51,774 nt of DNA from Octopus bimaculoides (lineage: Eukaryota). The translations under genes were made by a program, and so were the position numbers. Location of the stretch: the NCBI RefSeq assembly GCF_001194135.2, contig NC_068984.1, positions 21,132,860 through 21,184,633 on the forward strand, written 5' to 3'. Positions 24,401 through 35,903 of this stretch are shown here, in pieces (the first letter of the stretch is position 1; every line of letters starts with the position of its first letter). Below the pieces are notes generated by a model. That model searched no databases. It was not told the DNA's origin and saw only the letters and a list, made by a program, of their open reading frames with translations.

Positions 24401-25484
24401 ATTCTGTATAAACCCCAATGTTTTATCATTTTTTTCCTTGTAATGTTTCTTTCATTCGTAGTCCTTGTAGCAGACAAGACCTTATTGTTGTTACTGTGGC
24501 GGTGGTGGTGGTCGTGATGGTGGTTGTTATTCTATTACCTTTGACAGTATTCATTCGTGGAATGTACATCTTGATCAAACATTCACTTGATGTATCAAAT
24601 GACTGCCTAAGCCACCAATACGTAGATGTAAGAAGATTGAGATGTTTCTTTCTTTCTTTTTTTATTTATTTATTAGTCAACCAATCGAGAAAAGCAATGC
24701 TCATAACTTATCCAGGTTCTTACAGACCGTTTTGATTTTGATATTGTCAATCAACCTAGAAGGGGCAGAGCCCATGAAGCGTACAGGTTCTCCCAGATTC
24801 CTTGACCTTGACGCCGCCAACCGCTCAAAAATGAGTAGTGACCACGATATGTACGTGTCCATAAAGACCGTTTCCCCATGATACAGTTAGCCAATCGAGA
24901 GAAGACAGTAAGCATGACATGTACATGTTCCCTTAGATTGTTTGACCTTAATGCAGTTAGTTACTCGAGCATGTGTTGTGGCTATAACACGTACACGCTC
25001 TCAGAGGTTGTTTAGGCTTGATGGAGCAAATTCCGTCTTCCCATTTTCACTCCCATAGTTTGATTCCATTTGAGGCGATGGTAAAAGAAACTTGCCGAAG
25101 ATGACACGCAATGATATCAAATCCAGAATTTCATAATTGGCAACCAGCTTTTTGCGACATCGCTGTCAGTTTAATCAATTTTAAAATACATCGGTTTGAC
25201 GGAATTTCAGTCTGGCATTCAGTGGTAGATTGGCTCTTGTTGATGAGGCACAAATTACGCTGAAGTCACGTGATACAAACAGGCCCGTCCACCTTGTTAA
25301 TGAAATTTCGCTTACCGATGTAATCTCTGAATTATTAACACTTAACGTCTATACAAGATGATTTTTTAGGACGATTCCTCCAGCTCATGGCATATTTGCA
25401 CAGCACATCCAAGTTAAGTTGGATGTACAAATTAATATTCCTTACAAAGGCTGCTTCTATTGCTAATACATACGTACACACACA

Positions 25485-25518
<34 letters not shown>

Positions 25519-25564
25519 GTAGACCTTAAGATCGTGAACACATAAATTATCATGATCTTGCTGT

Positions 25565-26085
25565 CGTAAGAGCAGCAAATGCAGACATGCAGCCTGTACA
25601 GTGAGACAGTTGAACACATCAAGTCTGCCTCTCCAGACGAATTTTTTGTTTCTTTTTTGCAACAACAAGAAAATTGCACCAGTTTTAATGATAAAGTGAA
25701 TAGAATAACTAACAGACAGACTGTCTCCTTGAATATTCCTTTCGAAATATCTATGCCACCAGAGACAATTGTATGGTTGTTCTTTCAGTTACGGGGGCTA
25801 GGATGTTTGACCCAGTCTTTGTAAGCATTTCAATAGCTGCAACTAGGGTAGCGAGCACTTTTGCAAAATACAATGATTCCAGCAGCCAAGAGAGAGTTAA
25901 ACGACTTTTCTGTAATCAAGCCATACTGATATAAGGTTTCTGAGGGCTATATGTTTCACTTCAGGCAGTACAGCTCTATTAATTACTGCTTGGCACAACC
26001 CCTCCACTCCCATATTCCATCTGCCTGCTCATCGGTTACTATCATTTACCGTGCAGTGGTCTTGAATGGACTGATTTAAACAGAT
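25565..26085 (-). mobile_element. R4/Dong-clade LINE RT relic
   Basis: Minus translation with frameshifts: EQA..(G)..WGC..QxxINRAVLPEVK...NLISVWLDYRK...SWLLESL..AK...KGIF(Q)GDSLSV. Confidence 0.85.
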
Positions 26086-26203
26086 TGTAGAAAGCGTACA
26101 CATGATGTTTCGTTAAGAATTAGGCCTGTATTTCTCAGTATTTTTATAAATGACTGCGAGATTACTTCGTGCTATGTTTGGTGTATCAATGTGGGCTTCT
26201 ATG

Positions 26204-26450
26204 CGGCGAGCTGGCAGAAACGTTAGCAGGTCGGGCAAAATGCTTAGCTGTATTTCGTCTGCCGTTACGTTCTGAGTTCAAATTCCGCCGAGGTCGACTT
26301 AGCCTTTCATCCTTTCGGGGTCGATAAATTAAGTACCAGTTACGCACTGGGATCGATGCAATCGACTTAATCTCTTTGTCTGTCCTTGTTTGTCTCCTCT
26401 ATGTTTAGCCTCTTGTGGGCAATAAAGAAATAAAGAAATAAATAAATAAA
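26204..26450 (+). mobile_element. Family-A SINE, full length, with 16-bp TSD
   Basis: CGGCGAGCTGGCAGAAACGTTAG (A-box-like) ... GAGTTCAAATTCC (B box) ... AATAAAGAAATA tail. AATGTGGGCTTCTATG flanks it at 26188-26203 and 26451-26466. Confidence 0.95.
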
Positions 26451-26789
26451 AATGTGGGCTTCTATGGTTGTTTGAAACATATTCGTGAGTGTTGTTCTTT
26501 AAAATATTGAAATTTTGTACCAAATATGAAATCTCATCCCGGTGCTGCTTTCCCCAAAACTGCAGTAAATGTTTGAAGTCTATATCGAGTACTTTTCTTA
26601 TTTATCTGATCATGTCAGTCGTCTTTTATCCTGTCATTTAGACCTGCAGTAAATGTGAACTGAAATCCTTGCCGACAGCTCCCTTGTATGTCTTGTACCA
26701 GCTGAATTTAAGTTTACTAATTTAGACGATCAAAAGTTACGATGGCGCATTGATGTAGTGGTTAGAACTTCTATAATCCGATCCAAGCA

Positions 26790-27250
26790 ATGAGGGAGAA
26801 GTGTAGACCACAGACGGAATTTAGCTAAAACAAGACCATACCAGACACGAATGAATACTTCGCCAATGTCATGTACAACGGCATTGCATTTACCAAATGT
26901 AATTTCCTCTTACAACAAAACCCTTTCTCGATACTTTAAATAGCATCAACAGTTTGGACATGTGACTAAACTAGGGAGGAAATCGGGCCAATTGATATCA
27001 AAATATGCAAAATCCTGAGATCATCTTGTAGCCTCCAAAGGAATAATATTGCCAAGCTCTATTTTAGAAGAAAGGAAACAACGGGAAAAGAGGCTTGGTA
27101 TCAATCAAAACACTCTTTGAGTGACGTATGGTAAGCATTTAATAAGCATTGAACAAGAGTAGGGAAAATGGATGCATTAGATACTCAAAGGCAAAGAGAA
27201 CAACATTTTACGAGTCGGGGTGAACTTCTCAGGAAGCACTGCTTCCGATG
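26790..27250 (+). mobile_element. R4/Dong-clade LINE relic, post-RT region
   Basis: TEFS*NKTI ... TREEIGPIDIKICKILR ... KLYFRRKE..GKRGLVSIK (cf. WTxxEIxxIDxKTRK ... RLYxxRxxGGRGL). Confidence 0.7.
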
Positions 27251-27374
27251 GCTTGCAACACGGAAGCAAACGTGAGACGAACGCATGTCAACGAAACGTG
27301 AAAGAGAAACGTCGAAGACCAACAAAAAGCTATGCATGGGTTTGCTACGTTGATATTTGAGAACACTAACAATA

Positions 27375-27520
27375 TTTATTTCTTTATTGCCTACAAGGAG
27401 CTAAACAGAGGGAGCAAACAAAGACAGACAAAAGGATTAAGTCGATTACATCGACCCCAGTGCGTAACTGATACTTATTTAATTGACCCGAAAGGATGAA
27501 AGGCAAATTCGACCACGACG
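27375..27520 (-). mobile_element. Family-A SINE, 5'-truncated, type-1 tail
   Basis: TATTTCTTTATTGCCTACAAGG...GGATTAAGTCGATTACATCGACCCCAGTGCGTAACTG...CCCGAAAGGATGAAAGGC. Confidence 0.85.
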
Positions 27521-27924
27521 GAAGAACACTAACAAAATTAACAGGATGTGTTTTCGCTCATAGACTCGTAACCATTACATCAAGTCAGATGTCACAGGTC
27601 ATACTCTTACAATTGAACAACAGGAGATAACTACTTAATACATGTTGATAAAGAGACAGCGATACCATTAAACTTCCAATTGCCGTTTATTTCTTATAAT
27701 TGTGGAAGATATTACACTTATGATTATTAACTACCGTAAAGTTTTAACAACACATTATATTGCTATGCAGTATGGTGTTGTTGCTAAAATCATACAATAC
27801 CATCTGTAGGAATGATTGGCCCCGGAACAAAAATTATCTCTATTTAATAATAGCTGCTATAACTGTTGGTTGGTTGGTTGGCTCGTTGGCTGGTTGGTTG
27901 ACTGATTTCTCGTCACACTTTCAT

Positions 27925-27926
<2 letters not shown>

Positions 27927-27985
<59 letters not shown>
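27927..27985. repeat. (GA)n microsatellite running into a gap
   Basis: Directly visible. Confidence 0.95.
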
Positions 27986-28472
27986 NNNNNNNNNNNNNNN
28001 NNNNNNNNNNNNNNNNNNNNNNNNNNNNNNNNNNNNNNNNNNNNNNNNNNNNNNNNNNNNNNNNNNNNNNNNNNNNNNNNNNNNNNNNNNNNNNNNNNNN
28101 NNNNNNNNNNNNNNNNNNNNNNNNNNNNNNNNNNNNNNNNNNNNNNNNNNNNNNNNNNNNNNNNNNNNNNNNNNNNNNNNNNNNNNNNNNNNNNNNNNNN
28201 NNNNNNNNNNNNNNNNNNNNNNNNNNNNNNNNNNNNNNNNNNNNNNNNNNNNNNNNNNNNNNNNNNNNNNNNNNNNNNNNNNNNNNNNNNNNNNNNNNNN
28301 NNNNNNNNNNNNNNNNNNNNNNNNNNNNNNNNNNNNNNNNNNNNNNNNNNNNNNNNNNNNNNNNNNNNNNNNNNNNNNNNNNNNNNNNNNNNNNNNNNNN
28401 NNNNNNNNNNNNNNNNNNNNNNNNNNNNNNNNNNNNNNNNNNNNNNNNNNNNNNNNNNNNNNNNNNNNNNNN

Positions 28473-28868
28473 TCCTTGTTTGTCCCCTCTGTGTAGCCCC
28501 TTGTGGGCAGTAAAGAAATAGATATTTCGTCTGCCACTACGTTCTGAGTGCAAATTCCGCCGAGGTCGACTTAGCCTTTCATCCTTTCGGGGTCGATTAA
28601 ATAAGTACCAGTTACGCACTGGGGTCGATATAATTGACTTAATCCGTTTGTCTGTCCTTGTTTGTCCCCTCTGTGTAGCCCCTTGTGGGCAGTAAAGAAA
28701 TAGATATTTCGTCTGCCACTACGTTCTGAGTGCAAATTCCGCCGAGGTCGACTTTGCTTTTCATCCTTTCGGGGTCGATGAATTAAGTACCAGTTACGCA
28801 CTGGGGTCGATGTAATTGACTTAATCCCTTCTCCCAAATTTCAGGCCTTGTGCTTCCAGTAGAAAGGA
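28473..28868 (+). repeat. Head-to-tail tandem family-A SINE units, period 182 bp
   Basis: The junction AAAGAAATA|GATATTTCGTCTGCCACTACG recurs at 28521 and 28703. The last unit carries a different (type-2) tail. Confidence 0.9.
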
Positions 28869-29189
28869 TTACTTGCCCAACTAAGCTGCTCTGCACCATA
28901 AGATTCTTTCATAATGATATGTTGAGCACTGTACTGTACGGATCTTTGTCCAAGAAATTTGAAGTGAAGTGTGAAGTCAAGTAACAATGTCTCTTCGACC
29001 CGATACTGTTGCTATCTTTTTGAGCTTCTGAAACGCATTTAAGTCTTCTGATTGCCTATCCACCATTCAAACAAAGTCTAACGTCGGGCTAATGTGCACT
29101 CAGAGTCGCTATTCTGTGAGTACAACTGTCCTTCGTGGATCAAAGTTAGCGGAATTGACCTAGTTAAATTGAGACTTGAAGAAATAGTT

Positions 29190-29825
29190 ATCATACTAAA
29201 AGAAAGTTATGCATCGGTACATATCCCGTAAGCAAGAGAATATCAACAACATTGTTAGAAATGGCAGCCTCTCCTGCACCTGAAACAGATACATTACTTC
29301 TCATCTAGAAGGCGACACCTTTGCTATCCAGGAACGGAAGATTGCTATTAAAATATCTAAATGCCTCAAAATGTTTTCAATGTGAATGAAAATGTCGATT
29401 GTGCCACTCCAGTGTTGAATATATCATCCACTTCATCAGAAGCCGTTCCAAAATATCTGCAAGATACTACCTTGCCATGAGACACGTTATTGTCGATAAA
29501 ACCGTTAACGATATTGAACACAGTAAAGATTGCTCTGATGGTTATACCAAAGCACACCAAATCCAAAACGTTTCCACACCATTAAAAATAAAGAATACTG
29601 GTGGAACATTCCACTAAAAGAAAACAACTTGATGCAGAACACAATATACCAGATATTGTTCTAAGGAAGCAAAAGTCATGCACTGCAGTAGAGATCAGAT
29701 GATGTTCTGTACTTCTTCAAATATTGAAGAGAAGAACATCTATAAAGAACTAATGAAATACTTACGCATACTTATAACCAGATAACAGAGTTACATTTGT
29801 ACTTATTATCATAGGTGCACTGTTT
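29190..29825 (+). mobile_element. R4/Dong-clade LINE relic: knuckle and RLE, same family as 18670-19405
   Basis: KKVMHRYISRKQ...RYITSHLEGDTFAIQE...CRLCHSSVEYIIH...RYYLAMRHVIV...KEYWWNIP...HNIPDIV...AVEIR...VTFVLIIIGAL. Confidence 0.85.
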
Positions 29826-29850
29826 TCTCGTCATAGTCCTTTCTACTGTA

Positions 29851-29941
29851 GGCAGAATTTGAACTCCAAACATAAGGACGAACGAAATGCCGCTAAGCAT
29901 TTTGCTCAGCGTGCTAACGGTTCTGCCAGCTCGCTGCCTTA
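29851..29941 (-). mobile_element. Family-A SINE head only
   Basis: GGCAGAATTTGAACTC...GAAATGCCGCTAAGCATTTTGC..GCGTGCTAACGGTTCTGCCAGCTCGCTGCC. Confidence 0.8.
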
Positions 29942-30484
29942 CTGGGTCTTGTATAATAGATTTGCATAAAAGCCTAGAAACATTGAAAATTTCCAAGAAA
30001 GTACAAAGCAAACTGATTCGAAATTGGTCTAAGGAAAATTTGCGAAACATTCCTGGGATTCTCCATTTAAAGATCCTAGACTGAACACATGCACACAGCT
30101 ATATGTGCATATAGAACGCACGCGCGCGCACGCACACACACACACACACACACAGAGTAATGTAGCACGTACATACTTGTGTTCTAAAGCGGTATGCATA
30201 CCCACTGTATAAGGGCAAGTTTATCTACACAAACATACATATTTGCACTCACTAATTCACATATCCTCAAACCCCAACAGCTGTCTTGACTTAAACAAAA
30301 GAGCCTTGTCATTTTGTTGCTGACCGTTTTGAATTCCACCAAAGAAAAACCTAAATTAATCCCGAAGAAATACATACAAATACAGATACAATAGTATATA
30401 TGCCTACCCACATATTGTGCACATGTATATATACATACACCCATCCATCCATCCATCCATCCATCCATCCATACAGTTACTACA

Positions 30485-30524
<40 letters not shown>

Positions 30525-31434
30525 NNNNNNNNNNNNNNNNNNNNNNNNNNNNNNNNNNNNNNNNNNNNNNNNNNNNNNNNNNNNNNNNNNNNNNNNNNNN
30601 NNNNNNNNNNNNNNNNNNNNNNNNNNNNNNNNNNNNNNNNNNNNNNNNNNNNNNNNNNNNNNNNNNNNNNNNNNNNNNNNNNNNNNNNNNNNNNNNNNNN
30701 NNNNNNNNNNNNNNNNNNNNNNNNNNNNNNNNNNNNNNNNNNNNNNNNNNNNNNNNNNNNNNNNNNNNNNNNNNNNNNNNNNNNNNNNNNNNNNNNNNNN
30801 NNNNNNNNNNNNNNNNNNNNNNNNNNNNNNNNNNNNNNNNNNNNNNNNNNNNNNNNNNNNNNNNNNNNNNNNNNNNNNNNNNNNNNNNNNNNNNNNNNNN
30901 NNNNNNNNNNNNNNNNNNNNNNNNNNNNNNNNNNNNNNNNNNNNNNNNNNNNNNNNNNNNNNNNNNNNNNNNNNNNNNNNNNNNNNNNNNNNNNNNNNNN
31001 NNNNNNNNNNNNNNNNNNNNNNNNNNNNNNNNNNNNNNNNNNNNNNNNNNNNNNNNNNNNNNNNNNNNNNNNNNNNNNNNNNNNNNNNNNNNNNNNNNNN
31101 NNNNNNNNNNNNNNNNNNNNNNNNNNNNNNNNNNNNNNNNNNNNNNNNNNNNNNNNNNNNNNNNNNNNNNNNNNNNNNNNNNNNNNNNNNNNNNNNNNNN
31201 NNNNNNNNNNNNNNNNNNNNNNNNNNNNNNNNNNNNNNNNNNNNNNNNNNNNNNNNNNNNNNNNNNNNNNNNNNNNNNNNNNNNNNNNNNNNNNNNNNNN
31301 NNNNNNNNNNNNNNNNNNNNNNNNNNNNNNNNNNNNNNNNNNNNNNNNNNNNNNNNNNNNNNNNNNNNNNNNNNNNNNNNNNNNNNNNNNNNNNNNNNNN
31401 NNNNCTCAATTTGAAACCTCCATCTTTTATTTAC

Positions 31435-31505
31435 ATTAAAGCGGTACCCCAGCATGGCCGCAGTCAAATGACTGAAACAAGTAACAGAATAAAAGAATAA
31501 AAGAC
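31435..31505 (+). mobile_element. Family-B SINE 3' tail
   Basis: AAAGCGGTACCCCAGCATGGCCGCAGTCAAATGACTGAAACAAGTAACAGAATAAAAGAATAAAAG; the rest is probably in the gap. Confidence 0.7.
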
Positions 31506-31644
31506 TACTTTTGTTTAAATCATTCTAAAGTCTCTGAGAATTTTTTTTCTTGACTTATAAGACTAGTTACACGGTTTCTATGACGTATATAAAGTGGCTG
31601 AGATTGCAACGTTCCCCCTGAAAGGGATGCTGGTTCGTTGCAGG

Positions 31645-31848
31645 ATTCAAGGCTTACAGTTTTGAGGGGAGGGAGCAAGTCGATTACATCAGCCCTTGTT
31701 CTTGATAGGTTTTTATTTTATCAACCTCAAAGGGATGAAAGGCAAAGTTGATTCCGGCGGGAATCGAACTTAGAATGTAAAGAGCCGGAAGAAATGTCTC
31801 CTAACATTTTCTCTGGCGTGCTCATGATTCTACCAGTTTGTCGCCTTC
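31645..31848 (-). mobile_element. Family-A SINE, diverged
   Basis: GTCGATTACATC...TTTTATCAACCTCAAAGGGATGAAAGGCAAAGTTGA..CGGCGGGAATCGAACT...TGGCGTGCT. Confidence 0.75.
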
Positions 31849-32619
31849 TTGTACGGATTATGTGTATATAATGATTCATAACATAAGCACAGGTTCCCAC
31901 TATATATGATTACATAAGACTTGTGTATAGTCTACTCTACTCTATGTAGCTGGAACATAGGCATTAACAAAACTATTAACAAATTAAGATGTAACTATAT
32001 AAAAGACTTATGAGAACATCATGGACAGTGCTCAAAACCAGTGACTAACAAAGGTGAAATATTTTAGAAATTTCATTAAACACAATCAAAAACAGAAGAC
32101 TGATATATTTTGAACGTTTAATAAGTAAAAGGACAAAATAATCTGTTAATAAAGGACAAAGCGAATGAGAAAAGAGGTAGAAGGAAGCTAAAAACGCAAC
32201 GGTGGGATATTCTCAAGAATTGGACAGACTTTAAAAAGTTTTCTAAACGATAGGCTATAAAACTAATGATTTCTCATAATGATAAATTGATAATACTGTA
32301 CCACAAAGCCTTAACCTCTTCTAGATTAAAATAAATAAATAAACAAAAAGTACTACTGATTATTAGCTTCTGACAAAGTTTTTGTGTGGCTCTCATCACA
32401 GCAGTACTCACATGTATGTCTAGAATAATACCTCTGCTACTACTACATAGTAAAAAGAAAAAAACTTGGCCAAACACCAAAATGGCTATCCGGCTAATTG
32501 ACAAAGATTCGTTCACCGACATGCTATAACATTTAAGCTACAGATGTTCTCTTTTTACTTTACCTCTTAGCAACAATAACTACTACTACTACTACTTGAG
32601 ATTTTTGCTTCTCTGAAAC

Positions 32620-32810
32620 TGGGTAGTATCTCTCTATCAATCGGTTTGCCTACAGTGTTCCATCCTTAAACCTTTCATTAACTATTTTGTACAATCCGTT
32701 CTCCCCAGAATTGCAATCTTTTGGGACTCTCCCTGACCATGATATTTATATAAACATCAAACCACAAATGTTCAAGCTGAATCACATCCCGATTTAGGGA
32801 AAGGATGCAA
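32620..32810 (+). mobile_element. L2/Crack-like LINE 3' end relic
   Basis: YFVQSVLPRIAIFWDSP, cf. YxxSFxPRTxxLWNxLP. Confidence 0.4.
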
Positions 32811-33234
32811 GAGCCATATCTACCACCACCACCACAGCAACAACAACCACTATCTATCATCCAATATGGTCATGTTGATAGAATCACAGTCTACAAACCA
32901 AGAAATGGCAGCACGGATCTATTTGGTCCCATTAACTGAATTACCAAAAAGGTAAAAATGGTTATGTGATTCCCAATAACAGTATTATTGTTATTCATTG
33001 GCTACAACTCGGCCTTAGTTGAGAAGAACTACGGCATTCCAGTCAAGCTTTTTCTCTAAGCATAGTATACATTGGACTATATTATTTAATGCCACTTTTT
33101 CTTTTTTAAAGCGGTAGGGTATAATTTGTAGGTGATTCGACTTGTTTTTTGAAGGTCTAATCACCATGTCGCGACTGCCAAGTTGCCATGTGGAAGTAGT
33201 GTAATTCACTTCTGCACGTTAAAACTGCAAAACT

Positions 33235-33450
33235 GATAAGAGACCACTTAAACCTTTCGCTCCTTATGAGACATGGGACATCGACGGCTTCTTTCCACTG
33301 TCCTTGACTCTCGGTTGTATTTTCTGCTTCTCTCCAGTTGGATTGCTACTTTTTCAGCTCTATCTCAGTATTTTTAGGACTTTCTCTCTTCCGCCTCCCA
33401 CGTGGGTTCCATGTCAGGGTCTGACGTGTCATCGCATCATATGCCTTCCC
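33235..33450 (-). mobile_element. RTE LINE 3' end relic
   Basis: Minus translation TRQTLTWNPRGRRKRESPKNT, cf. RTE consensus TRQALxWNPQGxRxRGRPKxTW. Confidence 0.75.
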
Positions 33451-33569
33451 AAAGGAAGGCCTTCCCAAAGGAAGGCCTTCCCCTCCCAGGTCATCGTTGT
33501 TTATGAACTGTCATCAATGTTTCTGTAACTTTGCTTTTTCTAGGTAGGAGTGTTGGCCTTACGCAAACC

Positions 33570-33724
33570 CATGTGCGTGCTTACCTACATGAATNNNNNN
33601 NNNNGGTAATGTATAAATATTAGGATATCAACTAGGAAGTGATGTTATTTCATCCCTGTTTTGAAAGGCAAATTGTTTCTCAGTTCGTCTAAACATCAGC
33701 CATTTAAAGATGACCAAACGATAA
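33570..33724 (+). repeat. Direct repeat copy A (partner at 35347-35549)
   Basis: About 94% identical to copy B outside the microsatellite/gap (8 differences by hand). Confidence 0.9.
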
Positions 33725-33954
33725 GGTGGTCCGTATTAAAGTAGCCTCTGTTCCTTGACCTGTCCAAAATAAGAGGCCCTACTAAGAGCTTGCACTTTGC
33801 TGGCGTAGCTCTCAGAATCATCAAGGCACACGAGCTACCACACTGCAACAAGGACTGGACCTTATGGAAGTGATGAGAGATTGGTTGAACTCAATTTCGC
33901 AGGTTGGGATTTGTTCACCTATGTCAAGACAGGCTTTCTGTCCACAGGCGTATT

Positions 33955-34495
33955 TTAACACCTCAGAAAACAGAGGTTAGTATTAACCCCGTGGAATAAA
34001 ATAATACTGATTTTTAACATTAGTATGCAGTCTAGAATTTCACGAGGGAAGGAACAGTTAATAGGTTGTACTGAGTGTGTTTTTGCTTTGTCTTCACTTT
34101 TGAAATACACTACTACCGTGGCAAAGCGTTTGCTTCTGGTCAGGTATTCTATGCCCTGCCAGATCGGCTGTAGGCATTTTTCTATAGCTTCTTTTGGTGC
34201 TTTGTCTAGTTTCTTTTCCTTTACAATAAGAGTTTTAAATACGACTATTTCTTTCGCGGTTTCTTCTATAATTTCACTCGGGAGGGTGGCTTTTACGTCG
34301 TATCCTTCCTTTACAAATATGTTTTGGTGTTGCATTAGAACATTTTTGTCAATACATAGTTTTTCTTTTTTCACTCCAGCCGCAGCTGCAGAATTAAACT
34401 TTTTTGCCGATTCGACAAGTTTTTCTGCCGTCGGGTTACTTAATATTTCACTGTTCTTTTCACAGTTTTTTTTCCTCTACAGAGGAAGTATTCAT
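33955..34495 (-). pseudogene. LINE ORF1-like (probably L1/Tx1 group) N-terminal coding region with one frameshift
   Basis: ATG at 34495. Removing one A from the A8 run joins MNTSSVEEK to NCEKNSEILSNPTAEKLVESAKKF...KEAIEKCLQPIWQGIEYLTRSKRFATVVVYFKSEDKAKTHSVQPI (about 180 codons). It is preceded by a ~210-bp 5'-UTR-like leader. The clade call is pattern recognition only. Confidence 0.6.
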
Positions 34496-34713
34496 TTTTA
34501 ACAAAATAAATTGTGGAAAATCACCACAAAAAAATTGATAATTCCCCCCTAACAGAGAGGAATAAAAGTCCACTCCGTCTGCCACACGCAGAACGGTATT
34601 AGACACAACAATGAAAGAATTCAGCAACAACAATTTCAACAACAATTTCAACACTAACCTTCAAGCAAAGACTACACCACAGATTTAATCACACGTAACA
34701 AAACCGCTAGCGT

Positions 34714-34855
34714 TCCGCTCGGCGTGCTAACGTTTCTTATTTCTTTATTGCCCACAAGGGGCTAAACATAGAGGGGACAAACAAGGACAGACAAACGGAT
34801 TAAGTCGATTACAACGACCCCAGTGCGTAACTGGTACTTAATTTATCGGCTCCGA
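34714..34855 (-). mobile_element. Family-A SINE 3' half followed by a partial second head
   Basis: Minus order: body, tail AATAAAGAAATAA, then GAAACGTTAGCACGCCGAGCGGAACGCTAGCGG (head fragment). Confidence 0.85.
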
Positions 34856-34919
34856 AACGCCCAGTCTAGCACCCTTACTGTTCTGCTTGTCCACAACTTG
34901 GACTGGTACTTTCTACTCT

Positions 34920-35235
34920 TTTCTACTCTAGGCACAAGGTCCGAAATATTTAGGGAGGGGGCCAGTCCATTAGATCGACTTCAATACGCAACTAGTATTT
35001 AATTTATCGACCCCGAAAGGATGAAAGGTAAAGTCGACTTCGGCGGAATTTAAACTAAACGTAAAGACAGACGATTTGGGATAAATTTATAATTTGTTAC
35101 ATGGGCACAAATTAAAAATTTTGGGGAGAGAACACTCGATCAAATCGATTCTAATACTTGACTGGTACTTTATTTTATTGACTCCAGAGGGATGAAACAC
35201 AAAGGTGGCTTCGATGGGATTTGAACTCAACCACA
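34920..35235 (-). mobile_element. Two further family-A SINE fragments (about 34920-35075 and 35090-35235)
   Basis: GGCACAAGG...ATTTATCGACCCCGAAAGGATGAAAGGTAAAGTCGAC, then a more decayed repeat of the same modules. Confidence 0.75.
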
Positions 35236-35346
35236 GAACTGAAAAAGAAAAAAAATACCACTCATTGAATTGATTATAATTATGTGCCTCGATTGGGGAA
35301 ATTTTCTAATGACAAAGCAGTGTATGTATAATTGTGAATATGTATG

Positions 35347-35367
35347 CATGTGCGTGCTTACCTGCAT

Positions 35368-35432
<65 letters not shown>

Positions 35433-35549
35433 AATGTATAAATATTAGGATATCAACTAGGAAGTGATGTTATTTTATCCCTGTTTTGAAAGGCAAATTG
35501 TTCCTCAGTTCCTCTAAACATCAGCGATTTAAAAATGACCAAACGATAA
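35347..35549 (+). repeat. Direct repeat copy B, containing (TG)n
   Basis: CATGTGCGTGCTTACC...(TG)n...TAATGTATAAATATTAGGATATCAACTAGGAAGTGATG...GACCAAACGATAA. Confidence 0.9.
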
Positions 35550-35872
35550 AATTAACAAGTCAAAATTGTGACGTTTTAACAATCTGGCACCGAATTTTTG
35601 TCTCTTTCTTTTTATTTATTTTTTTCCTTTGCTAAACCAAACCAAAATGATAGAAGCAGAAAATAAGGTTATCATACTTCTGGCGTGTAATTTCCCACAT
35701 GAAATAAAAAATCGGGCCCTTTTCTAAAGCCATTTTGACTTGTACCTAATAAAAAATCAAATAAGAATAGACAACCGCATTCCAGCCTATCTGGCTGAAC
35801 TAGAAAAAGAGTCTGATGTGTGTGTGTATGTGTGTGTGTGTGTGTGTGTGTGCGTGTACATACGCACGTACA

Positions 35873-35903
<31 letters not shown>

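Noticed and set aside
28473-28868. Regularly spaced repeats superficially like a CRISPR array
   Set aside because: The whole 182-bp unit repeats with no unique spacers, it is SINE sequence, and the context is eukaryotic with no cas genes.
33464-33502. GCCTTCCCAAAGGAAG duplicated, creating GGAAGGCCTTCC palindromes
   Set aside because: A 16-bp local slippage duplication at the edge of an RTE relic; similar short duplications occur at about 12781, 34626 and 38452 with no sign of function.
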